A stretch of DNA of 49,798 nt from Terriglobia bacterium (GTDB lineage: Bacteria; Acidobacteriota; Terriglobia; 20CM-2-55-15), in assembly GCA_035315305.1 (NCBI GenBank), contig DATFXZ010000007.1, forward strand, positions 1 to 49,798, written 5' to 3'. Both the position numbers and the translations under genes were made by a program. How positions within the stretch are numbered: position 1 is the stretch's first letter; each line of letters starts with the position of its first letter. Shown here one piece after another: positions 19,466-28,360 of the stretch. Under the pieces are notes generated by a model. The model was not told where the DNA came from, made no database searches, and worked only from the letters and a program-made list of their open reading frames with translations.

Positions 19466-20749
19466 CTATTGTGCAACGATCCGAGCTTTGGATTGCAAAA
19501 GATCCAAAGTTTTTCGGTTACGGATTTGCGATCTGAGTCGCTCTATTCCGGAATCTCGCGAAAGCACTTCCTTTACTTTTTCCTTCGGCCGGTTTGTTTC
19601 TCCCGCAATCTTTTCGATTTCCGACTCTATCTCCGGCTCCGAGACGTTAATGTTTTCCTTCTCAGCAACGTGTTCCAGTATCAATGATCCTTTAACATCA
19701 CGCATCGCTTGATGCTGTTGATCTTCGCGAATTTTGCCCCAATCTACGTCCAACCGTTGGGGATTTATACCCTGTCGCGAAAGATCGCGTACCAGACGTT
19801 GTACTCGAATTTGCAATTGCCGCTCGATCAGCGATTGCGGGAGTTCGAATTCGTTGTTGTCTTCGAGCCATTCCAGCAATTTTTCTCGCATCTGTTCCTG
19901 AGCCTGATCGCGCTTGTGTTTCTCCAGATCGTCACGAAGCTTGGCTTTCAGTTCGTCGAGCGTCTTGTAATCACCGAACCGCTGGGCGAACTCATCGTTG
20001 AGTTCGGGACTTTCTTTGGTCTTGAGAGCCTCAACCTTAACCTTATATGCGACCGTCTTCCCGGCAAGCCGGGCCGTTGGATACTCCGCCCGGTAAATGA
20101 CGTTGAATGTTCTTTCTTCGCCAACCTTCGCTCCAATTAGATTCTCCGTGAATTCTTTTACAGTCGTGCGTCCGCCGATCTCCGCCACGGCTTTTTCGCC
20201 GGTGAGGGGCGGTTCATCAGAACCTTCTATCGTGCCGCTGTAAGAGATTTCCGCGAAGTCGCCCTCTTGAACAGTTCGGTCTTCTTCAACAGGAGTAAGC
20301 TCGGCCATGTCTTCCTGGAGTTTCTTCAATGCGGTTCCGACTTCGCTCTCCTCGACTTGCGAAGATACTTCATGGACAGGTATGCCTTCATAGTTCTCGA
20401 TACTTAGTCTTGGGTAAACCTCGAAGACAGCTCTGAAGCGAAGCGGCTTTCCGGAATTGTAATCGACAGACTCGAACTGTGGCGCTTGAACAATTTCGAG
20501 CTTCCTCTCGTCGATCGCGTCGCCGAAGTATTTTGGCATGAGATGCTGCATCATTTCGGAAACGATCTCATCGCGAAACCGTGTCTTCACCACACCAATG
20601 GGCGCCTTGCCAGGTCTGAAGCCGGGCACACGCGCGCGCCGAGCAAATTCCTGAGCGATGTGCGTGATTTCAGCATCAACGACATCCTGCGGGATCTCAA
20701 TGTCGAGATTTTTTTTGCACTCGCTGAGGTCTATGAGTTCTGCCTTCAT
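19466..20749 (-). CDS. tig: trigger factor
   Basis: 427 aa. The N-terminal ribosome-binding region contains GFRPGKAP (the GFRxGxxP motif). The gene lies upstream of clpP-clpX-lon, as in many bacteria. Confidence 0.95.
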   Translation of the reverse strand: MKAELIDLSECKKNLDIEIPQDVVDAEITHIAQEFARRARVPGFRPGKAPIGVVKTRFRDEIVSEMMQHLMPKYFGDAIDERKLEIVQAPQFESVDYNSGKPLRFRAVFEVYPRLSIENYEGIPVHEVSSQVEESEVGTALKKLQEDMAELTPVEEDRTVQEGDFAEISYSGTIEGSDEPPLTGEKAVAEIGGRTTVKEFTENLIGAKVGEERTFNVIYRAEYPTARLAGKTVAYKVKVEALKTKESPELNDEFAQRFGDYKTLDELKAKLRDDLEKHKRDQAQEQMREKLLEWLEDNNEFELPQSLIERQLQIRVQRLVRDLSRQGINPQRLDVDWGKIREDQQHQAMRDVKGSLILEHVAEKENINVSEPEIESEIEKIAGETNRPKEKVKEVLSRDSGIERLRSQIRNRKTLDLLQSKARIVAQ

Positions 20750-20780
20750 GGGTGGGCCGTCCTAGATTTTGCCTTCGGGA

Positions 20781-20862
20781 TGCGAAAGGGGGGACTCGAA
20801 CCCCCACGGCGTGAGCCACTAGATCCTAAGTCTAGCGCGTCTGCCAGTTCCGCCACTTTCGC
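20781..20862 (-). tRNA. tRNA-Leu (anticodon UAG)
   Basis: The 82-nt minus-strand sequence GCGAAAGTGGCGGAACTGGCAGACGCGCTAGACTTAGGATCTAGTGGCTCACGCCGTGGGGGTTCGAGTCCCCCCTTTCGCA folds as a class II tRNA. Acceptor GCGAAAG/CTTTCGC, anticodon stem CTAGA/TCTAG with loop CTTAGGA, long variable arm, T-arm GGGGG TTCGAGT CCCCC. CCA is not encoded. Confidence 0.93.
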
Positions 20863-20873
20863 ACATCAACTTG

Positions 20874-20902
20874 ATTGTGCGGTCGGGCAAGCCTCGTGTC
20901 AA
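20874..20902 (-). promoter_or_regulatory. candidate promoter for tRNA-Leu (and possibly tig)
   Basis: On the minus strand: TTGACA (20902-20897), a 17-nt spacer, then CACAAT (20879-20874), 11 nt upstream of the mature tRNA 5' end. Confidence 0.4.
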
Positions 20903-20947
20903 TGGCTGCCGGTGTCGAGGAAGCCTGCACAAAAACGCTAGATACAT

Positions 20948-22726
20948 TTGTTCTATAATACCGCCGCTTTGAGCGCCGTTAGACAGCAACCTACAAGTAC
21001 GCGTCTCGAACTCGCTGAAGCCGAACGCGTCGAGAAAGCCCTGGCAATCGCCCGGGTGATCTTTGCAGTCGCATCCGCGCTGGCGATCTACATCGATCCC
21101 ACACAACCTTTCTTCCGTTATTCCGCATTAACTTACATCATATTGACCGGCTACACGCTATATAGCTTTCTGCTCTTTTTCCCCAGCTTAGTTCTTTCGC
21201 ATCCGACTATTCAGTTGCAGATTCAAATGATCGACGTTCTGGGGACTTCCGTTCTGATCGTAGGCACTGGCGGCATAACGAGTCCCTTCTTTGTCTTTTA
21301 CACATTTGCGCTTATTTCGGCGGCTTACCGCTGGGGTTTTTGGGAAAGCATCTGGAACGGGGTCCTGGTAGCCCTTCTGTTCTTCATTTTTTCGGTTATC
21401 TCCTTCGATGGCACGACAGTATTCGTCCAAGCGAAGTCTGAAGTTAACGGGGTCATCATCAGGTCGACTTATCTGATTCTGATGAGCGTGGTTCTGGGTT
21501 ACCTCGCAGAAAACGATAAGAGGCTGCGTAGTGAAAATGCATTGATTGCTCGGGCAATGAGCAAGGCAAAAGCGGAGTTCGGACTGACCCAGAGCATGCA
21601 AGCCTCGGTCGGCGAAATTCGGGCATTTTATGATGCAGACGCCGCTGTCTTCGTTTCGGAGGAATTGGGCACTGGACGGATCTATGTCTTGGGTTGTCCC
21701 GCCAACGATTTGGAAAACGAGTTCGGACGTTTCGTCGAACTGGATCCAAAGCATCGTTTCCTTTACTTCTTCGCGGTAAATGGCGAAAGCTGGTATTCGG
21801 TCAAACAGCGAAACGGCATTCACGAGGCGCGATTCCTCGACGCGCACGGCAGACCCATGCAGGATCGACAAATTGAGTACCCGCGTGAGTTTGTCAGTTT
21901 GAATCAGTTCCAGTCACTCCTTGGAACGAAAATCGATTTCGGCCAGGAGTTGACGGGTCGTTTACTGATCCTGAACCCGAAGTTGAAGGTCGATCGCTGG
22001 CAGGAACTTGCTTTCATGCAGCGCGTTGTGCGATCCGTCATGCCTACGTTGTACAACGTGTACTTATGGCGTCGTCTACGGTCGAGAGCGGGGGCTATGG
22101 AGCGAGCCCGTCTTGGACGTGACCTGCACGATGGTGTGCTCCAGTCCCTGATCGGACTCGAAATGCAGCTCGACGTTGTGAAGCATCGCATCGAATCTGA
22201 TGACACTCCTAAAGCGGCGACCGACGTCGCTCGGATCCAGCAATTACTCAGCAATGAGATCAAGGAAGTTCGCAATCTAATGAACGCGCTCCGCCAACCG
22301 CGCCTTGAAGCCTCGGAGCTGGTTAACTTCATGTCGGAGCAGGTTGACAAATTCGCACGTGAGACGGGAATCTCGGCAAAATTTGTGGCCGAGACCGATC
22401 GTGTGCCGCTGCCGTCTGAGGTCTGCCGCGAAATGGTACAGATCCTTCAAGAAGCGCTGATAAACGTTCGGAAACACAGCGGCGCCAAACACCTTCTGGT
22501 GCGATTGAGCGCGCCGGAAGACGATTTGAATCTCGCGATTATCGACGACGGCCGCGGATTCGAATTTGAAGGCCGGCTGTCGCATTCGCAGCTGGATGAG
22601 AAAAACCTTGGTCCTCTTGTTATAAAGGAGCGGGTTCGCCTGATCCGCGGCGAACTTGAAATTGAATCGGTGCCGGGACACGGAGCGCGCCTGGACGTCC
22701 GATTACCGAAACGAATCTATGCCTGA
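20948..22726 (+). CDS. membrane sensor histidine kinase, HisKA_3 (NarX/DegS-like) type
   Basis: Multi-pass hydrophobic N-terminus. H-box RDLHDGVLQSLIGLEMQL and an HATPase_c region (EALINVRKHSGA, DDGRGF, GHGARLDVRLP). The start is uncertain (TTG 20948 or 20969). Confidence 0.85.
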   Translation: MFYNTAALSAVRQQPTSTRLELAEAERVEKALAIARVIFAVASALAIYIDPTQPFFRYSALTYIILTGYTLYSFLLFFPSLVLSHPTIQLQIQMIDVLGTSVLIVGTGGITSPFFVFYTFALISAAYRWGFWESIWNGVLVALLFFIFSVISFDGTTVFVQAKSEVNGVIIRSTYLILMSVVLGYLAENDKRLRSENALIARAMSKAKAEFGLTQSMQASVGEIRAFYDADAAVFVSEELGTGRIYVLGCPANDLENEFGRFVELDPKHRFLYFFAVNGESWYSVKQRNGIHEARFLDAHGRPMQDRQIEYPREFVSLNQFQSLLGTKIDFGQELTGRLLILNPKLKVDRWQELAFMQRVVRSVMPTLYNVYLWRRLRSRAGAMERARLGRDLHDGVLQSLIGLEMQLDVVKHRIESDDTPKAATDVARIQQLLSNEIKEVRNLMNALRQPRLEASELVNFMSEQVDKFARETGISAKFVAETDRVPLPSEVCREMVQILQEALINVRKHSGAKHLLVRLSAPEDDLNLAIIDDGRGFEFEGRLSHSQLDEKNLGPLVIKERVRLIRGELEIESVPGHGARLDVRLPKRIYA

Positions 22727-23387
22727 AGAAATAGCTATTCTAATTGCCGATGATCATCCAATTTTTCGTGGGGGCCTCCGCGCTCTCATCGAAACTGAAC
22801 GTGGGTTCAAGCTTGCCGGAGAAGCCGTCGATGGCGAACAGGCAGTCGCATTTACGCGACAGTTGAAGCCGAACATCCTTCTACTTGACCTTGCCATGCC
22901 GAAGCTCAGTGGCCTGGATGTCGTGAAGGAGTTGTCACCACCCCCGCCGATCGAGACGCGCATCATCATCCTCACCGCCGCCATCGATGATGGACAAATT
23001 GCAGAAGCCCTAAGGTTAGGGGCCCGCGGCATCATCCTGAAAGATACTGCGACGCAATTGCTTATCAAGGCCGTTCGCTGCGTGGTTAATGGTGAGTTTT
23101 GGGTAGGCCGAGGCAATGTTGAGGGACTTGTTGCAGCCCTGCAGATGGCCCACACCATGCAGCCGGAAGATCCTGTGAAAAAATTTGCCCTGACCGCGCG
23201 GGAAATGGAAGTACTGACCGCAATCGTCGAGGGCTATTCGAACAAAGAAATCGCAAAGCGATACAAGATTAGCGAGCAGACGGTCAAACATCATCTCAGC
23301 AGCATCTTTAGCAAGGTCGGTGTGTCGAACCGTCTAGAATTGGCGCTTTTCAGCGTCCATCATCAACTGGTAGGAAAGAGAGTCTGA
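22719..23387 (+). CDS. NarL/LuxR-family response regulator
   Basis: ATG 22719 overlaps the kinase stop (ATGCCTGA). Receiver region ILIADDHPIFRGGL...LLDLAMP, followed by the LuxR HTH LTAREMEVLTAIVEGYSNKEIAKRYKISEQTVKHHLSSIFSKVGVSNRLEL. The track ORF start at 22656 is probably an upstream extension. Confidence 0.9.
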   Translation: MPEEIAILIADDHPIFRGGLRALIETERGFKLAGEAVDGEQAVAFTRQLKPNILLLDLAMPKLSGLDVVKELSPPPPIETRIIILTAAIDDGQIAEALRLGARGIILKDTATQLLIKAVRCVVNGEFWVGRGNVEGLVAALQMAHTMQPEDPVKKFALTAREMEVLTAIVEGYSNKEIAKRYKISEQTVKHHLSSIFSKVGVSNRLELALFSVHHQLVGKRV

Positions 23388-23406
23388 GGCGGTTACACTG
23401 GAGTGC

Positions 23407-23826
23407 ATGAGATACATACTCATATTGATGACCTTAGTTTTAGCAGTGGCGATAGCGGCGGGACAGGAGAAAATGACAACGACAAAGAGCGGGTTGAAGT
23501 ACATAGACCAGAAGGTCGGCTCTGGTGACGTTGCCATGAAGGGCAACACTGTTTCGGTGCATTATACCGGTTGGTTTTATACGGAAGGTAAACGCGGTGC
23601 AAAGTTCGATAGCTCGCTGGACCGGAAGATGCCATTCGAATTCAAACTGGGAGCCAGACAAGTTATTCCGGGTTGGGACGAGGGTGTCGAAGGAATGAAG
23701 GTGGGGGGTAAACGCGAACTTATCATTCCTCCTGATCTCGGCTATGGACCGCGTGGTATGCCCGGAATCATTCCCCCGAACTCGACATTGAACTTTGAAG
23801 TTGAATTACTGAAGGTGAGCAAGTAG
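23407..23826 (+). CDS. FKBP-type peptidyl-prolyl cis-trans isomerase, secreted
   Basis: Signal peptide MRYILILMTLVLAVAIAAGQ. FKBP core VSVHYTGW...KFDSS...PFEFKLGARQVIPGWDEGVEGMKVGGKRELIIPPDLGYG. Confidence 0.92.
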   Translation: MRYILILMTLVLAVAIAAGQEKMTTTKSGLKYIDQKVGSGDVAMKGNTVSVHYTGWFYTEGKRGAKFDSSLDRKMPFEFKLGARQVIPGWDEGVEGMKVGGKRELIIPPDLGYGPRGMPGIIPPNSTLNFEVELLKVSK

Positions 23827-23833
23827 AGGCCGA

Positions 23834-23856
23834 TAGGGCGCTCGAGAAGCGCCCTA
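23834..23856. terminator. candidate bidirectional hairpin between convergent FKBP and CBS genes
   Basis: TAGGGCGCT (23834-23842) pairs with AGCGCCCTA (23848-23856), with a 5-nt loop. No strong U-tract. Confidence 0.35.
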
Positions 23857-23884
23857 GTAACGAGGTTTGCACGGAGTCGATCGC

Positions 23885-24298
23885 CTAGGCGGCTTCGGAG
23901 ATATCCCTTAACGTCTTCCCGGACTCCCCCTCCTCGACCTTTGCTATATCCCCGATCGACACAACGCCAACCAGCCGTTTGTCTCGATTGAGGATGAGCA
24001 TCCGCCGGACGTCCTTCTCTCGCATTTTCTCAGCGACGTCTTTGACGTCATCGTCTGCGTAGCACCAAAAAACGTCATGCGTCATGATCTCGCGTGCGGT
24101 GACGCTATTGATGTCCCGCTCGCTTGCGATGCCGCGAATGACGATGTCGCGATCAGTCACGGTACCCACGAGGCGATCGTTCTCGCAAACACCCAAGAAT
24201 CCAACGTCCAATGTCTTCATCTTTTGGGACAAGTCCGTAATGCTCGTCTCAGGGCTGACACATTCGACGTTCGTCGTCATAATTTCGCGTATTTTCAT
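23885..24298 (-). CDS. CBS domain pair protein
   Basis: 137 aa with two CBS-like repeats (IMTTNVECVSPETSI...LVGTVTDRDIV and IMTHDVFWCYADDDV...LVGVVSIGDI). Confidence 0.85.
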   Translation of the reverse strand: MKIREIMTTNVECVSPETSITDLSQKMKTLDVGFLGVCENDRLVGTVTDRDIVIRGIASERDINSVTAREIMTHDVFWCYADDDVKDVAEKMREKDVRRMLILNRDKRLVGVVSIGDIAKVEEGESGKTLRDISEAA

Positions 24299-24325
24299 TG
24301 CATACCTCCATAAGCTTCGTAAGGA

Positions 24326-25018
24326 CTATGCAGCCTTACGCGCTTTCTGGGATTTTTTCTGCGCTATCCGGATTATTCCCAGTAATTCGCCATCCGACGT
24401 GGTCACGATCGCAGCGGGTGCATCGTAGTTGCGCAGGAGCTTCTGGGCGTCTTTTGGATCCAAGTCCGGCCGTAACGTACGGGGGCCCGGTTGCATGACG
24501 TCCCCTATCCGGCTCTGGGGATTCGCGTCCCAGGTTTCTCCTTGAATCACGCCGAGCACGATGTTTCTGTCGTTCACAACGACGCACAAATCTTGGTTCG
24601 GACGGCGGCGGCTCTTGACGTCTTCGAGACGTTCCCGAAGCGAGCAAGTCGGAACATCCTTGTGGATCATTTGGCGCAGTCGCATCTTCTTAGCCTGTGT
24701 CCCTTCCGTTTCCAAGCCGGCCGCGAGCCAATCCGCTTTGCCGGGTGTGTACCGGTAGACTTCCTGGAAACCCATGCTCTCTAGCCGCCATGCCGCCCGT
24801 GCACTTAGATCACATTGAAAGTCTCCGCAGTAGACGATGACGGCGACATCCTTCCTCAGTGCCCGGGTCGCCTCAGGGGTCATCGTTTGCAGGGGAACAT
24901 TGATCGCATGCGGCAGGTGTTCCTTTCTATATTCCGAAGCGGGAAGGACATCAACGAGCTGGACACGGCCTTGTTCTACCAGGGTTTTCACGTCTTTACG
25001 ACGAATTTCAATCGGCAT
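24326..25018 (-). CDS. rhodanese-like domain fused to a CBS pair
   Basis: N-terminal rhodanese pattern (VQLVDVLPASEYRKEHLPHAINVP...VIVYCGDFQCDLSARAAWRLESMGF). C-terminal CBS-like repeats (VLGVIQGE, LLGIIRI). Confidence 0.8.
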   Translation of the reverse strand: MPIEIRRKDVKTLVEQGRVQLVDVLPASEYRKEHLPHAINVPLQTMTPEATRALRKDVAVIVYCGDFQCDLSARAAWRLESMGFQEVYRYTPGKADWLAAGLETEGTQAKKMRLRQMIHKDVPTCSLRERLEDVKSRRRPNQDLCVVVNDRNIVLGVIQGETWDANPQSRIGDVMQPGPRTLRPDLDPKDAQKLLRNYDAPAAIVTTSDGELLGIIRIAQKKSQKARKAA

Positions 25019-25263
25019 AGGGAAAGCTCCTCATACCTGTTTTAGACGTGCGACTTTGGCAGCAATGTCAGGTAGTCGAGAAATGAGGTTAAGTTCTTCG
25101 GCCGGCTTGAGTTTCAGGGCTACCCGGATTCGACTGCACTCCCCATCGAATCTGAGGCCAGTTTTAATATTTCAACCACAACTTTTTGTGCTCGTTGCTC
25201 GCCTAAACCACTATGTTGGCCTTCGACTTGCTAAGGATTCCGCGATTTCAAAGGAGGCTTAAC

Positions 25264-25650
25264 ATGCACGTTCGGTTCTTGGTATTTACACTCGTTTCCG
25301 CCCTGCTGATTCCACAATTTGTCTTGGCGCAAGCGCCGACTGTCTCATCTTCTGAACTTCAGCAGGCCATCACCGCGGCGGCGCAGACCCGGCAAAAAAA
25401 CCTCGTCGATGTTCGCTCGTTCTTTGCGAGCGAGCACGTACGAGCGGCACTAAAGAGTGGGAAGATCGACTATCGTAAAGTCGATAAAGCAGTAGCCACA
25501 GTCTCACCCGAAGAACTAGCGCGGCTGGCGGCAAAGACGAACCAAATTCAAACCGACTTTGCAGCCGGCGCACTAACGAACCAGCAACTGACGTACATCG
25601 TCATAGCTCTGGGAACAGCGGTGCTGGTCCTGCTCATCGTCGCGGCTTAA
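25264..25650 (+). CDS. small exported protein with C-terminal TM helix, PA2779-family-like
   Basis: AAGGAGG at 25251-25257 precedes ATG 25264. Signal peptide MHVRFLVFTLVSALLIPQFVLAQA, then SPEELARLAAKTNQIQTDFAAG, followed by the hydrophobic tail LTYIVIALGTAVLVLLIVAA. The track ORF start at 25213 is probably too early. Confidence 0.6.
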   Translation: MHVRFLVFTLVSALLIPQFVLAQAPTVSSSELQQAITAAAQTRQKNLVDVRSFFASEHVRAALKSGKIDYRKVDKAVATVSPEELARLAAKTNQIQTDFAAGALTNQQLTYIVIALGTAVLVLLIVAA

Positions 25651-25673
25651 GACCTGCCAGACCTCACGAATCG

Positions 25674-27458
25674 ATGCTTTGGCTGTCACTGCTCCTTACC
25701 TTCCAGCAGGCGCTTTGGATCGATGTACCCTTCATTCAGCAAGACAAGAACGGGTGCGGGTCTGCTTCTATTTGGATGGTCATGATGTATTGGAAGCCGG
25801 ACACTGCCGTGAATGTCGACGACATACAGCGACAGCTCTATTCCCAAGAAGCCGGTGGAATTCACGCCAAAGATATGGCCCGATATTTTGAATCGCAGGG
25901 ATATCGGACATTCGCATTTCAAGGAGACTGGGCCGATCTCACGGAACACGTTTCCAAAGGTCGGCCGCTCATTGTTTGTCTCGAGCGAAACCGCCGCGGC
26001 GTACCGTTGCACTACGTCGTTGTTGCGGGGGTGGATGACATGCAGAATCTAGTGCTTGTCAATGATCCTGCGCAACGAAAGTTGCTTTCGATGTCGCGCG
26101 CGGAGTTCGAGCAGGCCTGGCTAGCCACAGGTAATTGGACGCTCTTGGCCGTCCCGGAGGTCGGGCTGGCGAGCAGCGCGTTCCGCGAGGAGAACCTTTC
26201 TGGGGCCCGAGAACATTTAACGGCTGCGCTGCGCGTGAATCCGTCGGACTCATATGTGAACGATTTCCTTGGAACCGTTTATTTTTTGCAGAACAATACT
26301 GAGGCAGCCCTGAAATATTGGAACCGCGCAGGGAAACCAGCCATCGATAACATCCGAATGGATCCGCCACTTCGTACCGATCCCATCCTTCTAGATCGTG
26401 CCTTTACTTTCTCGCGTGGAAGCATTCTGCGGGTGAGTGATTTTGAAGAGACGCAGGCAAGACTTACCGCCCTGCGGGTATTTTCTCGATACCGAATGGA
26501 GCTGTCGCCGACGGAAAATGGCCGTTTTGACATGACACTTCGTGCTGCAGAGAAAACCGGCATCAACCCGTGGTCTTGGGCCCGGGGCCTGCCATTCCAG
26601 AGCGTCAATCCCGAGTTTTCGAATATCGCGGGCAAAGGAATCAATGTCGGCTCCACCCTTCGATGGGATCGGAATAAACGACGTGCTTTCATTTTTTTTG
26701 ACACGCCGCTGAAGGGCGACCCCCGCTGGGGATTGCACCTGGACGTCGATGGACGTGATGAAACCTGGACGAGCGGGCCCGCAGATTTCCGGATGCGAAA
26801 AATTCAGGCGGCCGCCGAGATTCGCTCGGTACCTAGCGGCCGCTGGAGCTGGACGAGTGGCGCCAGCGTTTCCAGCCGGACCTTTTCGAATGGCTTTTCC
26901 GGTGGCGTCGAATTGAAGTACTCCGGTTTGATAGACCGGACATTGATCCGAGACCCGATTAATCAATTAGCCGTTGATTCATCAGTCTCGATCGAGGCCG
27001 GAAAGTTGTTTCGTTCGACTCCGATTCATTTTGCAAAGCTGATGACCGCGACCTCTCTACGCTGGAGATCTGTCACCTCGCAGATGCGCATCGGACGCGA
27101 TGTCGGCGAGCTACCCTTCGACGAACGTTTTACGATAGGGCTCGATCGCGATTCCGATCTTTGGATGCGAGCGCATCCGGCGACGGTTGACGGGCGGAAG
27201 AACGCACTGAACACGACCCGTTCGTTCATTCTCACCAACTCCGATTTCCAAAGAGTGCTTTCGAATTGGGGCTGGTTTCGGTTGAGCGGCGGGCCATTCG
27301 TGGACGCGGGCAAGTCGTCGATTTCACCCGGCTGGATGGTGGATACAGGTATCGAGTTCCGCCTCACTATACTCAGCTCGTTTGAAATCAATCTTTCGTA
27401 CGGCAAAAGCCTCACAGACCGCAAACACACATTATTCGTGAGAGAACACGGTCTCTAG
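25674..27458 (+). CDS. C39-like cysteine peptidase (PA2778-family-like) fused to TPR, POTRA-like and beta-barrel-like regions
   Basis: The N-terminal block VPFIQQDKNGCGSASIWMVMMYW...LHYVVVAGVD...VNDP gives a papain/C39-like Cys-His-Asp layout. A TPR-like stretch covers REHLTAALRVNPSDSYVNDFLGTVYFLQNNTEAALKYWNRAGKP. The distal ~350 aa have alternating-hydrophobic strands. Confidence 0.7.
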   Translation: MLWLSLLLTFQQALWIDVPFIQQDKNGCGSASIWMVMMYWKPDTAVNVDDIQRQLYSQEAGGIHAKDMARYFESQGYRTFAFQGDWADLTEHVSKGRPLIVCLERNRRGVPLHYVVVAGVDDMQNLVLVNDPAQRKLLSMSRAEFEQAWLATGNWTLLAVPEVGLASSAFREENLSGAREHLTAALRVNPSDSYVNDFLGTVYFLQNNTEAALKYWNRAGKPAIDNIRMDPPLRTDPILLDRAFTFSRGSILRVSDFEETQARLTALRVFSRYRMELSPTENGRFDMTLRAAEKTGINPWSWARGLPFQSVNPEFSNIAGKGINVGSTLRWDRNKRRAFIFFDTPLKGDPRWGLHLDVDGRDETWTSGPADFRMRKIQAAAEIRSVPSGRWSWTSGASVSSRTFSNGFSGGVELKYSGLIDRTLIRDPINQLAVDSSVSIEAGKLFRSTPIHFAKLMTATSLRWRSVTSQMRIGRDVGELPFDERFTIGLDRDSDLWMRAHPATVDGRKNALNTTRSFILTNSDFQRVLSNWGWFRLSGGPFVDAGKSSISPGWMVDTGIEFRLTILSSFEINLSYGKSLTDRKHTLFVREHGL

Positions 27459-27494
27459 TCGCTACATTCAATCGATGTCGGAGTCCAACATTTT

Positions 27495-27677
27495 ATGGGC
27501 GAAGAAAAGCAGCACGTTTCGGCAATTGAGCTCTGGGGCTACACGAGCGGGGCTGTGAACCTCGCGGACGAAGATTTCGAACACCTTCTGTTCTGCATCG
27601 AGTGCCAGACGCTCGTGAACGAATTCATCGACGTCCTCGAACACCTGCCTCCCGTCAATCCCAGTCACGCCGCGTGA
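27495..27677 (+). CDS. small protein with H-x3-C-x2-C (zf-HC2/ZAS-like) motif
   Basis: 60 aa containing EHLLFCIECQ (H-x3-C-x2-C). It lies directly upstream of and co-oriented with DUF1326. The competing antisense ORF 27468..27686 looks less protein-like. Confidence 0.45.
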   Translation: MGEEKQHVSAIELWGYTSGAVNLADEDFEHLLFCIECQTLVNEFIDVLEHLPPVNPSHAA

Positions 27678-27725
27678 CTCGCGCAATCGTGATGTTGTAC
27701 ATTTTTCCCTTTGAACAGGAGGACT

Positions 27726-28358
27726 ATGTCAGAAGTCGCGTGGCGAATGAAGGGTCAGTACATCAAAAACTGTAACTGTATTTCAGCGTGTCCCTGCGAT
27801 ACGACCGGCTTTCCGTATCCGGAAAAGGGCTGTGAAGGAATGGCCGGAATGTACATCAAGGAAGGAAATTTCGGGACGGTTAGTCTCGACGGGCTTTCGT
27901 GGATCGTACTGTATTCGTGGCCTGGCGCACTGCACGAGGGAAACGGAACGGTCCAACCCTTCATCGAAAAAAAGGCTTCGGAGGAACAGCGGAATGCTCT
28001 TCTGACGATTCTTAGCGGCCAGGGAGGAAACACCTGGTTTGAAGTTCTCGCATCTATCGTGACGACAATACACGAACCCCAATTCGTGCCGATCACGTGG
28101 CAATTCGATAAGACGCGACGCAAAGCCCGTGTGAGCGTTCCCGGGTTTCTCGAAACTGAATCGGCGCCTCTAAAGATTCCTGCTACCGATGACGAGCAAC
28201 AGGTAATCGTGCGAATGCCGAATGGAATGGAATACAAAGAATACGCTGCCGCACAATGCACCATATTAAAAGGAACCGGTCCTATGAAGTTCGACTACAC
28301 CGGCCGGCATAGCGGCCTCGCGGACGTCGATCATAGCAACAAAGGGCTGCAGGCATAA
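27726..28358 (+). CDS. DUF1326 domain-containing protein
   Basis: AGGAGGA at 27717-27723 precedes ATG 27726. Has the cysteine cluster KNCNCISACPCD typical of DUF1326. Confidence 0.8.
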   Translation: MSEVAWRMKGQYIKNCNCISACPCDTTGFPYPEKGCEGMAGMYIKEGNFGTVSLDGLSWIVLYSWPGALHEGNGTVQPFIEKKASEEQRNALLTILSGQGGNTWFEVLASIVTTIHEPQFVPITWQFDKTRRKARVSVPGFLETESAPLKIPATDDEQQVIVRMPNGMEYKEYAAAQCTILKGTGPMKFDYTGRHSGLADVDHSNKGLQA

Positions 28359-28360
28359 CT

